From Anaeramoeba ignava BMAN (lineage: Eukaryota > Protista > Anaeramoebae), in NCBI GenBank assembly GCA_028826165.1, contig JAPDFW010000079.1, positions 124,001 to 188,000 on the forward strand: a stretch of DNA of 64,000 nucleotides, given 5' to 3'. Position numbers and translations under genes: made by a program. The notes beneath the pieces were generated by a model. The model was not told the DNA's origin and made no database searches. It saw nothing but the letters and a program-made list of their open reading frames with translations. Of this stretch, positions 1 to 14,289 are shown piece after piece. Numbering within the stretch: position 1 is the first letter of the stretch; each line of letters starts with the position of its first letter.

Positions 1-3000
1 ATTCCAATTGGATCTGATATTTTTGTGCAAATTTTTCAAATGGGAATATAATTTCTTGAAATTTTGAGGAGAATTTCTCACAATTTTGATCAAAAAATCA
101 AATCCGACTCTTTGGATTGTTTCCGATTTACACATTTCCAAAAGGAATTTATCTTGTGCTTTGGAGATGGGCTTTGGCGGATTGAATAAAAGATTATTAA
201 TAATGAGATCAATCATTTGGTACTTTTCTTCAATTTCGACTTGATATTTTTTCTTCATCAACATCACCTTCAGAATATCTAAATATCCCAATAAAGTTTC
301 TTCAGAAACATTGATCATTTCTTTTTTTTCGGAAGCAAATATTCTCTGCAGAAAAGTTGCAATTTGATTAAAAAACTCGTCGTAATTTCTTTCAAATGAA
401 GCATTTAAGCTCATCTGAATTAAATCAATCACAAACTGGAAAAAATGTTTGGTTAGTTTTGTTTGCAATGAATTGTCATTGTAAATATCACCAAAAACGG
501 AAAATAATAAATCAAGGAAAAACTCTCTGATTGGATAAGGTTGTTTGTCGGTTTTTCTTTGCATTTGTTGCTTAATCATTTTCGTGTCTTTCTTGCAAAT
601 TTGATGCAAGCCAAAATAGACATTTTCTCTGATATTTTCGCATTTTGATTCAATGAAGATTTTCTTGATCCAACTTTTTATGTTTTTCGTTTTTTTTATT
701 GCATTAATCCATTTGTTTCGGTTTCTTCTTGAGCAACCTGCTAAAATGATGCTAATTGAATGGAAGACAATATGGTTTGCATCCAAGTTGTTTTCTTTGC
801 TTGGATGCGAGTAATATTCAATCAAGTCCATCAAAATATTCACAAAATTTGCAATGTTGATGTTTTGGATGTATTCTTGATTTTCAATTACGATATTCTG
901 TTTATCGATCAAAAGCTCATATATAATTCTCATCATTATCGAAACTGCTTGCAAATTTTCCATTTTGTCTGCTTCTTTTGTTTTGGCGATTTCAGGAATT
1001 GTTTCCACAAGAAATTTGATTCCGCCATTTTGAATAAATTGAATTGACCAATAGTTTGTTTTTCTCGTTTCCTGGTCTTCAATAAATTCGAGTTCAGGAA
1101 ACTCTATTCCAGAAATCTCCTGTTCATTTTGTTGCTGTTCATGCTCCTCTTCTATCCTTTTTGTATATGGATTTCGAAGCCGATCCACAACTTGGAGCTG
1201 GTAAATAAAGGTGTGTATTGATGAAGTGTTGAAAATTTGTTTCCATTCGATTTTTTCTTGTGATGAATCAAAGATCTGTTTCAAAGATTGGATAATTTTC
1301 TCGTTTGTTGGCATTCTCAAAATAATAAACCATACTTTTTGTGCAATTTCATCTCCATATTCGAGTAACTGGAAGATTTCGTCAAAGTATCGCGCAAGTA
1401 AATAACTTGGGAGATATTCTTTTTTGATCTTGGAATGCTCAGACTCAATCTCAAATTGTTCGTCAATATCAAATTCCGAGATATGGTCTGTCGAGCTTTT
1501 CTCAGATTCTTGATCTTCAAAGCCTGTGTCCATGCGAAGCTGGCTGGAGAATTTCTTGTAGCTGTCTTGCTTGATCGGGATGTCGAGAATGATATTTGGG
1601 TTCTGGAACAAATCAACTTCAAACAAAGTTAATGAGTTGTTTCCAGATGATATTTGTGGATGAGAGAGAATAGTGAAATCTCCAAATTTCTGTTTGATTA
1701 ATTTTGAAATGCTTTTGCGCAATGAAAAAACAGAGTCATTCCCAGTTGCTCGGAGCTTGTATTTGGTTGTCTCGTTATTCTTGATATTGATTACTATTGG
1801 CTTTGCTTGTGCTTGTGTTGAAAACATGTGTCGAGTGAAGGGAATGTATTCGGGTATGATATCAGACTCCACAGAATTGATGAAGGTTGACAACAAGATT
1901 AATATTCTGTTGATCTTTTCTTCTTGGAATGGGTTTTTGCATTTATTCAATATCTTGATGCATTTTGCGATAAATTTTCTCCGATATTCCTCTCCATAAC
2001 TCGTGAATATTCCTTTCGCCAAATTTTGGAATTCGATCAAATAGTTAATAGAGGAATTTGCAACTTTCTCATTCTTTGCATTGAGAACAATACTCCACAA
2101 TTTGTTGATCCCGTAAATTTCATCTTGTTCTTGGATTTTCACTCGTATCGAATTTTCTCCTTTAATTTTGTGTTTTTGTATGTTGTATTGCTGCGAAAAA
2201 TGTCTGAAGAAATTAAATTCGCTAATTGAAATATCTTCCACAGAAAACAGTTCTGATTTCTGGAAAAAAAACTCGCATAAATCATTATTATAAAATATAT
2301 TTGTTGTCCAATCCAAAAAATATTCCTTTTCCTTAATTGTTAATGCATTTTCGAAAAACATTTCCCATAAATTGTCGATTTTCTCTTTCAACAAGACCAT
2401 ATTCGAATAGTGATCAAGAATAAACTTGAGCATTTCCAATCTTATGATAATCTAGTTTGTTTTTGTTTTTAATAAGTATATAAAAAAATATTTGGATAAA
2501 AAAATGAGTTCTGATTTACTTCTTCAATATATTCCATATCTCCAACCAAAATTTTTTGATTTAAATCCTCATTCACATTTCCACTATCCTTTTGTTTTGG
2601 AATAGGTTTGCTTTTAAATTTTTTAAATTCCTCAAAAACTTTGTTTGAAATATCATTTTCCTCATCAAGTCTGAAAATAAGATTGTAAACACTATTTGAG
2701 ACTGTGTTATCAAAAGATTGTATTTGTGGGAATTTGTCAAATAAATAAAAAATCAAGTGATATCTGTAAGCATTTCCTTTTTGCAATTTAAGATTTTCAA
2801 AGCATTGAATAATAAAAGTAACAACAATATCAACTGAGCAATCTTCACTAGAAAATACATTTTCGAAGCATTCCAAAATTTCAATCTTTTTCTTGTTTGC
2901 CAATTCAGAATTGACAACTAAACCCCAAAACTTATTCAATTCTTCAATCCAAATTTGTTTGTTTTCTGATTTTTCTTTGCTATGTTTTTTCAAAGCTCCA

Positions 3001-4800
3001 TCTCCAAAATTTTGAAGTAGAAATAATGTCAAGTTATTCCATTCTTTGCTTTTCAATACTGGTTCAAAAGCAGTATTGTAATTTTCCAATGAAAGATACT
3101 GAGATAAACTCGATAAAAGAATATAAATTTCTTCAACAATTATTTTGTGATTATCCTAAATAACAATGAAAGAGAAGAAAAAATATTTTCAATATTTTCA
3201 AAAACAAATAAATTTTAGATACATTTGAATAATGCCAAATTAAATTGAAAAATTCATTCAAAAATCCATTTTGTCCAATAAATTCAAGTAATATTTTTGT
3301 TTTTCTGATAATTTCATGACTGATGACATTATTAAAAATGAGTTGAATAATTTCCTTTTCTTTGATCCAATGAATAATTGTTCTGAAATGAAATTAAAAA
3401 AAATTTTTTTAAATTTGTTAGAAAAAACAATTCCTTCTTTTTGTTTTTTTTTTTCTTTTTTTACTCTTTAATTGTTGATAAATATTTATTCCTGAATCTT
3501 TTTGATTTCAATTGGTTCAAATTTGATAATAATTTTTCAATTTCTTCTAAAGCAATCAATTTGTATTCAAGATCTTTTGAATTAATTAAATTAAAAGTGG
3601 AATTCATTTTAAATGAAGTTTCAAATTGGATTTTCAATTGTAAACTATAACTTCTAATTATTTCAAAAATTAAATCTGCAGTTTTAAAAATGTTTGATTT
3701 TTCAGTTTTTTTTAAAGGTTTTGAGATTAATTGAGTTAAATTATCAAGAATTTTTTGAAGAAAAGGAATTAATCTTGATAAGAATTCTTTTGTATAATAA
3801 TTTGAAATCTAAATTCAAAGCAAAAAAAAATTTTCAATTTTCAATTATAAATTTTATAAATGAATTTTACTTTTTCAATTGGTTTTAATAAATCAAATAT
3901 TCTAAAAATTGAAATTGGTTCTTTTTTTTCCGATAGAATTTCAGAAATTATTTTTTCAAAACCACCAATTTGTCCAAAATATTCAATATTTTCTAAAAAA
4001 TAACCTGAAATTTTATCAATTGAATCCTAAAAAATTTTAAATAAATTTTGAATATTAAAAAAATTTTAAATAAATTTTAAATAAATTTCAAAAAAATTTC
4101 AAATAAATTTTAAATAAATTTTAAATAAATTTTAAATAAATTTTGAATAAATTTTAAATAAATTTTAAATAAATTTTAAATAAATAAATATTACTTGTAC
4201 AAAATGGAACTTTGTTTTTTGATTAATTTCTTGAGAATTTTCAATAGTTTCTTTATTCCAAAAAGAATAATAATTTCTCTAAAATAAAAATAATTTTTAA
4301 AATTTAATTTTGAATAAATAATTTTTAAAAAATAAAAAATAAAAAAAACCTCTAAATTGCATTTCCAAGTTGATTTTTTATAATCTTCAAAAAAACCATG
4401 AAATGGTCTTGCAAATATCCGATTTAATACTAAAAGAATTTGAGGATTTTCTTCTTGAATTTTGTGATAAATCAAATTAAGACATTTTTTAAAAAAATTA
4501 TTTATTCTTTCACAATATTTTTCTTCAAAATCATTTCTTTCCCATAATGAATTAACTATTGAATAAAATGCTTTATTTATAAAGTATTCTTCTTTTTCTT
4601 TTGGTAAAGTTTCTTTGATTATTTGATTAATTTTATCTTCTAATTCTCCTAATTTTATTGTTGGATTTGGATCTGAAAAAAAAAAAATTCAATTAAAAAA
4701 TTCAATTAAAAAATCCAATTGAAAAATTAAAAATACTTTCAGAAATTGATTTAAAAACTTGAGAATAAAAATTTTCTTCTTCTTTTAAATTGTTTTTCAT
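1..4800 (-). CDS. USP9X/USP24/USP34 (FAF-like) ubiquitin C-terminal hydrolase, N-terminal helical region; multi-exon, runs off the left edge
   Basis: ATG at 4800 and several short GT-AG introns (e.g. 3383-3464, ~3810-3870, ~4027-4195). Hand translation gives IEYFGQIGGFEKI, ETIIHWIKEKEII..IW, IRLEMLKFIL..IDNLWEMFFENA..EKEYFLDW and IYGINKLWSIVLNAKNEKVANSSINYL, resembling conserved USP9X/24/34 N-terminal blocks. The catalytic domain is not in the window. Confidence 0.75.
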
Positions 4801-4880
4801 TTTTTTAAAAAAGAAAAAAAATGAAAAAAAATGAGAAAAAAAAATGAAAAAAAAAAAATTTGTTTTGTTTTTGAATTTTT

Positions 4881-6951
4881 TTAAAAATCTTTTCTTTCAT
4901 GTTCTGGATTATGATCAAGATCAACATCAACATGAACAAAAGCTCTTTCAATTTCTTCAAATTTTTCAAGTTTGTTTTGAAGTGATTCTCCGATATCATG
5001 AGCTTCATCAAGAAGCTAAATAAATAAATAATTAAAATAAATAATTGAATAATTTTTTTTTTGTTCCACTTTTTCTTTTTAAAAAACAAAATTTTTTTTT
5101 CCATTTTGATTTAATTACCATATCTGCAGGTAAAACAATATCAACTTCAACAAAATATTGTTGACCTAAACGAAATGCTTTTACTCTTTCAACAGCAATT
5201 ATAGAATCGTGATGTTTTAATGAAAGGAAAAGAATTCGATTCAAAAATTCTGGAGAAGCAGCAACTCCAACTAAAAGAAAAATGTTTTCATAGATTTTAA
5301 AAGCCCAAGTTACTAAGATTAATAAAGCTATTGCCATTGCACCAATAGAATCAAACCTTTTTTTTTTAGAAAAGGGAATTATTAAACAAAAAAAATTTTT
5401 TTCATTTCATTTCATGTTAAAAAAATTTTTGGAATATTTTAATTTAATTTAAACTTACCACCATATTAATTTATCTCCAATCATAGCCATAACAATTCCA
5501 AAACTATTACTAGCTACATCATTCCTATGATCATTTGCCAAAGCTCTCACAATATCAGAACGATCTTTTCTACACCAAATAAACAAAAACAATTTAATAC
5601 CAACTGTCATACAAAGAACAACTAAAGCAAAAGTTCCAAGTTTGACATCCTTGTTTTTGAAAATTAAATTTTGAATTGATCGGAAAATAATCTGAAAAGC
5701 AACCGTTGACATGACAGCACTAAAAATCAAAATTCCAATCGGTTCCATTCTCCATTTTCCAACAGGATATCTATATCTATCATTCACCTTTTTTCGATTA
5801 ATAAATCTTTCTGTTAAATAAACTATAAATCCCGATAAAATATCCAAAACAGAATCAATTGCTGATGCTAAAACAGTAAGTGATTGAGAAAAGAAAACTG
5901 ATATCCATTTTGCACATACAAGAAATACATTGCATGCAAATGATACTCGAATTTTCCTTTTCATTAATTTTGATTTTTCTGCTTGATCTGGAATTGCTTT
6001 CTTCTTTTTATCTTTTTCTTCTTCAGATAAATCAAATCCACTAGATTTACTTGATTTATTTTGTTCGTCTTCTGAAAATGAAACAGATGGTATCTTCATA
6101 ATATTTTGAGGTTTTACTTCTTCTTTTACTTCATCAAGATTTTCAAAATCTTCCCAATCTGTTTGAGGATTTGAAGATAAATTCTGTTGTACATTTTCGT
6201 TTTTTGGATCGAATAAATTATCAATTAAGTTTTTATTTTCGATTTGAATTTGAGTTAAATTTTCTTTTTGGTTTTGATTTTCTAATTGATTTTCATTATC
6301 TAATTGATTTTCATTATGATCCACTTTTTCAGTTTGAGTTTCACTTAAATTTTCATTTAAATTTTCATTTAATTTTTGATTTAAATTTTCATTTAATTTT
6401 TGATTTAAATTTTCATCTTCTGAACTTCTTATTTTTGAATCTCTATTATAATTCTCAATTAATTCCTTCTGGGATGAATAATATCTTAGCAAAACAGCCT
6501 TTTTATTGTTTTGTTTATTTTCTGCTTCTTTTAAGGATTCTTTAATTGGTTTATAATAAATTCTTGGACATTTAAATTTCTTGTTTTTTTGTTGACTTTC
6601 TATCTTTGCTTTAACCCATAAAGGACACTTACGTTGCAATAATTGATTTGTTGTTAAATCTCCAAGAAGATATTTATGACCACAAGCAAAATGAATAAAT
6701 GAATTTTTTTGTTTTTGGGTTGGGTTTTGTGGAATATTATCAATAATTTCTTCATTTTTTATTTCTTTTTCAACTTCAAATTGTATTCGTCTTTTTAGAT
6801 TTTTTTCTTTTTCTTTTGAATTTTCATTTAAATTTTCTTTTAAATTTTCATTTTTATTCTCATTTTTATTCATTTCTTCTTCAAGTTGTTTTATTTCTGG
6901 ATTTGAAATGATTGAAAGTGTTTCAAAATCTGAAGAAATCGATTCAGCCAT
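4881..6951 (-). CDS. Cation diffusion facilitator, Mn-CDF/MTP8-11 type; exons ~6951-5459, 5356-5119, 5015-4881
   Basis: [38 protein letters not shown], and C-terminal [24 protein letters not shown]. The DxxxD metal sites in TM2 and TM5 are typical of Mn-CDFs. Confidence 0.92.
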
Positions 6952-7120
6952 AAGTTTTAAAAAGTAAAACTTAAAATTAAACTAAAAAAAAATAATTATA
7001 AAAAAAAAGGAAAAAATGATTAAAAAAATAAAAAAAATTTTTTTTCTTTTTCATTCAAATTTTTATTTGCTATTCTTTTTTATAAAACAAAAATTTAATT
7101 TAAAAATTTAGTTTAAAAAT

Positions 7121-7312
7121 TTAGTTTAATCTTCTAAATGATCTTCTAATAATTGTTGCATTTGGGAATTGAGATCTAATCATCATTTCAAATGATCCAA
7201 TTCTTCTTTCTTGTCTTGGATTCATTTGTCTTGAAACCATTTCCATTCTTCTTTGAATTTGATTTGATTGTAAAAATAACATTCTTTTATATTCTTCTAA
7301 AGTTTTTGTCAT
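7121..7312 (-). CDS. Small hypothetical basic protein (63 aa, MTKTLEEYKRMLFLQSNQIQRRMEMVSRQMNPRQERRIGSFEMMIRSQFPNATIIRRSFRRLN)
   Basis: Non-repetitive island with coding-like composition between AT-only flanks, AAAATG start context, TAA stop. No family recognised. Confidence 0.5.
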   Translation of the reverse strand: MTKTLEEYKRMLFLQSNQIQRRMEMVSRQMNPRQERRIGSFEMMIRSQFPNATIIRRSFRRLN

Positions 7313-7591
7313 TTTGAATTTGTTTTTAAAGATAAAAATAAAGAAATAAAGATAAAGATAAAAATAAAAATGAATTTTTGTTTTTGGATCAATTTCTTTT
7401 AAACTTAATTTTGAAAAAGTGGACAAAAATTTATTTAAAAAAAGTGGACTTAAATTAAAATCAAAATTAAAATTAAAATTAAAATTAAAATTAAAATTAA
7501 AATTAAAATTAAAATTGAAAAAGTGGACTTTCTTTTATTGAATTGAATTAAAATTGAATTAAATTTTTGTTTGAAAAAAAAAGAAAAGAAA

Positions 7592-10130
7592 TTATTTTCT
7601 TGTATTAGAAACCAAATGTTGGATAACTTGAGGATATAAAAGAGTGTGAGCATTAACACCCCAAACATAATCCAAATGATCATAATCAGGAACAGTATAT
7701 TCAGTCCATTGCAAATCAGGAGATAATCTAGCCAAAGTTTGTTCCCAATCTTTTTGAGTAACTAATAAATCTTTTGATCCAAAAAAGAAACCAATTGGAG
7801 GATTTAAAACATTCTCAACTGGATATTCAGGTGGTGTTGATTGTCCATATTTAACCATATTTCCATCAGTTCCATAATCATACATTTGCCATTTGTTTGT
7901 CCGGATTAATTGAAGATAATGATTTATGTTTTTTGTTGATGATCCTGCTGGTGTATGACTTAAAAACACTGGTAATCTTGATTCGTTTAAATTTCCTGTA
8001 TCTGCTCCCACAATAAGTAAAATACTTTTTAATTTTGAATTTTAATTTGATTTTGATTTATATTTTAATTTTAATTTTAATTTTAATTTTGATTTTAATT
8101 TTAATTTTAATTTATATTTATATTTTGATTTATATTTAGATTTTAATTTGAATTTGAATTTTGATTTTGATTTTGATTTTAATTTATATTTTGTTTTTAA
8201 TTTTGATTTTAATTTTGATTTATATTTTAATTTTAATTTTAATTTTGATTTTAATTTTGATTTAATTTATATTTTGATTTTAATTTTAGTAAAGAAAATA
8301 AATACATGTCTTCACAAACTATTGGATCAGCTGCACAAAATGTATTTGCAACTAATTCAATCCACCAAGTTTCAGGCATAAAATCTTTTTCTCCAAAGAA
8401 ATCAAAGAAATATTTTTGTTCCATATCAGCCAATAAAGAAAGAAGGAAGCATTGTTGATGATCTTTAAAATATTAAATTAAAATATTAAATTAAAATATT
8501 AAATTAAAATATTAAATTAAAATATTAAATTAAAAAAATATTAAATTAAAATATTAAATTAAAATATTAAATTAAAATATTAAATTAAAATAATATTAAA
8601 TTAAAATATTAAATTGAAATAATATTAAATTCAAATATTAAATTAAAATATTATTAAATTAAAATATTAAATTAAAATATTTAAATTAAAATATTTCTTT
8701 TTACTTTCATAAGTTGCTGGTGCAAGTAAAGCAACTGATTTAAAAATTTCTTGATATTTTGGGAAAATTGATAAGGCTCCAAGTCCCATTCCTCCTCCTT
8801 GTGAATGTCCAACATAATAAATTTCTGAACTTCCTGTTTCTTCTAAAATAAAATCAACAATTGCTGGTAAATCATATTGAATCATTTCATCGTAACTAAA
8901 ATTCCAAAATTGAACATCGTTTGTTGTCTTTTTTTATTTAAAATTTAATAATTAATATTTAATTTAATTCAATATTCAATATTTAATATTTAATTTAATT
9001 CAATTCAATTCAATATTCAATTTAATCCAATATTTAATATTTAATATTTAATTTAATCCAATTTAATTCAATTCAATATTTAATATTCAATTCAATATTT
9101 AATTCAATATTTAATATTCAATATTTAATATTCAATTTAATTCAATATTCAATTCAATTTAATATTTAATATTTAATTCAATATTTAATTCTTAATATTC
9201 AATTCAATTTCAATATTCAATTCAATATTCAATTCAATTCAATTTTAATAATTTAAATTTAATTTTCAATTCAATTTAATATTCAATATTAATTCAATTC
9301 AATTCAATTTCAATATTTAATTCAATATTTAATTTAATTTAATTTAATTTAATTCAATATTTAATTTAATTTAATTTAATTTAATTCAATTTAATATTTA
9401 ATATTTAATTCAATTCAATTTAATTTAATATTTAATATTCAATATTTAATTCAATTCAATTTAATTTAATTTAATATTTAATTCAATATTTAATTCAATT
9501 TAATTCAATATTTAATTCAATATTTAATTCAATTTAATTCAATATTTAATTCAATATTCAATTTAATATTTAATTCAATATTTAATATTTAATATTTAAT
9601 TCAATTTAATTCAATTTAATTCAATTTAATATTTAATTCAATTCAATATTATTTAATTTAATATTTAATTTAATATTTAATTCAATATTCAATATTAATT
9701 CAATATTTAATTCAATTTAATTCAATTCAATATTCAATAGAGAAATAAAAAATACCCATTTAATATGTTCCAAACCCATTGTATTTCCTCTAACATTACC
9801 AGCCCAAACATCAAAACCATAATCAGCAAGAATATAACCAAGAGCTTCATTAGGTTCATTCAAAAACCAAGTGAAAGAAGAATCCAAAAGACCATGTTGA
9901 AGATAAACAACAGGTTTTGGATCTTGAGTTCTTGAAGCATTATTTCTTCCATAAGGAACATGTTGAACTTGCAAAATATATCCATCTTCAGTTGTAACTT
10001 TGTGATTTGTGCATGGATAACCATGATTGTGAATCAATTGTGTGATATTTGCTAAAACATCTGGATCAACTTGTGAATTAACAAAGAAAACCAAAAGTGT
10101 CAAAAAAAAAATAATTTTGATGATCTTCAT
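7592..10130 (-). CDS. Secreted lysosomal/gastric-type acid lipase (alpha/beta hydrolase); exons 10130-9756, 8927-8705, 8462-8306, 8024-7592
   Basis: Signal peptide, VTTEDGYIL, LQHGLLDSS, GFDVWAGNVRGN, FWNFSYDEMIQYDLPA, nucleophile GHSQG, catalytic Asp (KDLLV) and His (YDHLDYVWG). Confidence 0.95.
8930..9750. repeat. Degenerate AATTCAATATTT-like simple repeat filling lipase intron 1
   Basis: Directly visible G-free repeat between GT and AG splice sites. Introns 2 and 3 carry other short AT repeats. Confidence 0.85.
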
Positions 10131-10375
10131 TTTTCTATTTAAAAAATTAAATTAAAATAAAATTAAAATTAAAATTAAAATTAAAATTAAAATTAAAATT
10201 AAATTAAAATTTAAAATTTAAAATTAAAAAACTGAACTGATAAAAAAATAATTTTACTTCAAAAATTAAGGAAAAAAACCAAAAAAGAAGAAAAATGAAA
10301 AATAAATTTTTTTTAATTTAATTTTTTTTTCATTTTTTTTTATTTTTATTTTTCTTTTTCTTTTTCTTTTTAAAA

Positions 10376-13300
10376 ATGAATAATTCTCCAAAACGTGTTC
10401 CTTTAGCCAGATATAGATATCAATCTCATACTTTTAAAAAATCTCCTATTAATTTAATTCAAAATGATAAACAAAATTTACATCTTTTTAGAAGAAAAAG
10501 TTTCAAAACAACAAGAAGAAAACTTAAAATTGAAAAACAGGATCTTTTCAAAATTGAAAATCTAAATCAAAATAAAAATCAAAATAAAAATCAAAATCAA
10601 AATCAAAATCAAAATCAAAATCAAAATCAAAATCAAAATAAAAATAAAAATCAAAATCAAAATATAAATCAAAATCAAAATCAAAATATAAATCAAAATC
10701 AAAATATAAATCAAAATCAAAATATAAATCAAAATCAAAATCAAAATCAAAATCTCAAAATCAAATTAAAAATCAAAATCAAAATCAAATTCAAAATCAA
10801 AAAAAATCAAAATCAAATTAAAAATTAAAAATCAAAAAAAAAAAATCAAAAATCAAAATCAAAATCAAAATCAAAATCAAATCAAAATCAAAATCAAAAT
10901 GAAAATAAAAATAAAAATCAAATTCAAATTCAAATTCAAAATCAAAAAATAAATCAAAATAAAAACCAAAATAAAAATCAAAATCAAAATCAAAATCAAA
11001 ATCAAAATCAAAATCAAAATCAAAATCAAAATAAAAATCAAAATCAAAATCAAAATAAAAATCAAAATCAAAATCAAAATATAAATCAAAATCAAAATCA
11101 AAATCAAAATATAAATCAAATTCAAAATCAAAATATAAATCAAATTGAAAATCAAAATATAAATCAAAATAAAAATGAAAATCAAAATCAAATTCAAAAT
11201 CAAAATCAAAATCAAAATCAAAATCAAAATCAAAATCAAAATCAAAATCAAAATCAAAATCAAAATCAAAATAAAAATATAAATAAAAATCAAAATAAAA
11301 ATCAAAATCAAAATCGAAATAAAAATATAAATCAAAATCAAAATCAAAATCAAAATATAAATCAAAATATAAATCAAAATATAAATCAAAATCAAAATCA
11401 AAATCAAAATAAAAATAAAAATATAAATCAAAATGAAAATATAAATCAAATTCAAATTCAAAATCAAATTCAAAATCAAATTGAAAATCAAAATCAAAAT
11501 ATAAATCAAAATAAAAATCAAAATCAAAATGAAAATAAAAATCAAAATAAAAATGAAAATCAAATTCAAAATATAAATGAAAATCAAATTCAAAATCAAA
11601 ATATAAATCAAAATCAAAATATAAATCAAATTGAAAATCAAAATAAAAATCAAATTCAAAATATAAATAATAATAATGATTTAGATTTCGATTTCAATTT
11701 AAATTTTAATGAAATTCAATTTGAAAACGAAAACGAAAACGAAAAGGAAAAGGAAAAGGAAAAGCAAATTCAAATTCAAATTCAAATTGAAGAAACTCAA
11801 AATGAATTAGATATTCTATCAAGTTACTTAAATAATAATTTAGCTAATATTTCTCCAAATATTCATGCAATCATTAAATCATTAAGTTATACAACCAGAA
11901 GAAAAATTATCAAACCAATTTGTCTTCATCTTTCATCAAAATCTTTTTCTTCAATTTCCTCAAATTATATCAATTATTTTTATAATCAATTTGATATGGA
12001 AAATCTTATTAAGTAAAACAACAAAAATATTTTATAATCTTTATTCATTCGAATTGTTTTTCTATTAATTCATTTATTTTTTTTTCCAATCAAGTTGCGC
12101 AAAAAACAAAATATGTTTAACAAATTTTGATTATTCAATCAGTGAAAAGGTTCTTATTGAAATTTTAAGATCATTTCATAATGATGGTAGAATTCAAATT
12201 ATATTTAACCAAATAATAGCAAATATAAAAATATGATTTATTGATTTATTTATTTATTCGATTGTTGTTATTTTTTTTTAGAACATCTTCCAATAGAGTT
12301 TATTATTAATGATCTTACACAAAACGATAGAAAAGGATTTCAAGATGTTTGCAAATACATTTCAAATAAAAATCTAATCAAAATATGGAGTTATTTGATT
12401 AAATATTGGAAAAACACTTGCGATTCAGGAAATCAAACTGTGACTCAAATTTCTCATTTATTTGCACCAATACTCTCAGCTCCAGCTTTCAGAAAAATAT
12501 CAAAACTTCCATCAGGAAAGATCGCAAAAGACCAGTTTGTTATGATAAGTAGTGATTCAATGAATGAAAATGAAATCACTCCAAAAAATCCAATTCAAAC
12601 AAATCAAGATTTTTCTCAAATTGAAAAAATCAAATCAATCCCAAAAACTCAAGAAGATTTCTTTGAAATGAAATGCAAAATCACTAACAATGCAATTAAT
12701 CAGAAATGGAAAAGTGTTTATATTCATTGTGATTATGAAAAGTTGGATTTTTTCACAAATGAAAAGAAAGAAACAAAACTAAAAACAATGTTTCTTACAA
12801 ATATTGCTTTATATAAAAAGCAAAAAATTCAAAATCAAAATCAAAATCAAAATCAATTCCAAAAATCAAAATCAAAATCAAAATCAAAATCAAAATCAAA
12901 ATCAAGTAATAGAGATAGTAGAAAGAAAATTGATTTGGATAAAAAAAATGATAAATCTTCTCGTTTGTTTATGTTAATTGATAAATTAACTGAAAATAAA
13001 TTCAAATTAAGAGCGCTAACATTTAAAAAAAAGGAAGAATGGATCGGAAATATTATAAAGAAACAAAATTTATTAAATGTATAATTTGATGAGGATTTTT
13101 CAAAATCAAAATTAAAATTAAAATTAAAATTTTTTTATTCAAAAAAAAAAAACAAAACAAAAACAAAAAAGAATGATTATCAATTTATTATGAATATTTT
13201 AAACTCAAGTGATTCGAATAATCAAAAACTTTATAGTTTATTAATTTCCAAAAAGATGATTCTTTCTTCAGTTATTGTTGAGAATTATTCAAGTAGGATT

Positions 13301-14281
13301 TTGGAAAAGAATTTTGAATCAGGAGAACAATTAGCAATTTCTTTGATTAAAATTTTTCATTCAAAGAATCAAGCAAATTCTTTTATTCGTTTGGTTATTG
13401 ATGCAGAAGTTCGTCAAACGAAAAGTAAATTTGAGAAAAAATTTTGAATTTAAATTTTAAATTTAAATTTTAAATTTGGATTGAATTTCAAAAAAAAAAA
13501 TCAATCAATAGATGTCAGTTCAATATTTAGATCGAGTACATTTGGATGCAAAGTACTTGGGATATACTCACATTTTGTTGGAGATCAATTACTCAAAACC
13601 ACTATTGAATCAATAATACAAACAGTGTGTAAATTGAGAACATATTTAGATCTTGATCCAAAAAATGTTGATGAGAAAAAATTGGAACAAAATCGAAGTT
13701 CAATAAAAGTAATCACAAATGAATTCATATCGCAATTAACGATGTATTTGAATCAAATGCCTTTTTTATTATATCAAACATGCCGAGCAATATACAAAAC
13801 TGTCAGAAGAATATATCCATCATCAACATCACAAGCTTTAAATAGTTTTTTCTTCTTTCGGTTTTTTATTCCTGCTCTTGTTTCTCCTGTTAAATTTGGG
13901 ATTGTTCAAAAAGAACTATTAAATCCAATTGCACAAAAAAATTTGGTTTTGATTTCCAAAATAATCCAACATATTGCTACTAATTCTGAAGTCGAATCTG
14001 GGCCTCTTGCTTGTTTAAATGATTTTATTATGCTCTCATCTCGTCGTGTTCTTTATGTTTATCAAGAGCTTTGGACTTTTCAAGAAGATTCTTTTAAATC
14101 TCAACAATCTTTATCTGTTTCTAATCAAGAAATTCTTGATTCTTTGGTTTATATTAAAGGTTATATTCAAAGAAATATTAATGATATTCATGATTTGTTG
14201 GTTTATTCAGATTTTTCAAAAGTTTTATTACCTTTTGTTTTGGATTTTGTTGAAAATTTAATTGAAGATAAAACGAATTAA
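10376..14281 (+). CDS. RasGAP-domain protein with N/Q-rich N-terminus, possible degenerate RhoGAP-like segment and a PH domain; exons ~10376-12012, 12095-12186, 12282-13078, 13172-13424, 13512-14281
   Basis: Arginine-finger-like IFRSST, FFFRFFIPALVSP (FLR-type motif), NLVLISKIIQHIA, and PH-like KWKSVYIHC..FKLRALT..EEWI. A TAA at 10826 in the NQ tract is probably an assembly error because the frame is the same on both sides. Confidence 0.85.
10560..11660 (+). repeat. (AATCAA)n hexamer tract encoding poly-NQ
   Basis: Directly visible in the sequence. Confidence 0.95.
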
Positions 14282-14289
14282 CAAATTAA

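Noticed and set aside
760-2229. Plus-strand ORFs and the 1317-1622 minus ORF
   Set aside because: Shadows of the long minus-strand USP exon that runs off the window.
10826-10828. Stop-codon reassignment (TAA read as Gln)
   Set aside because: TAA terminates most genes here at the expected C-termini; this one lies in a locally garbled repeat tract.
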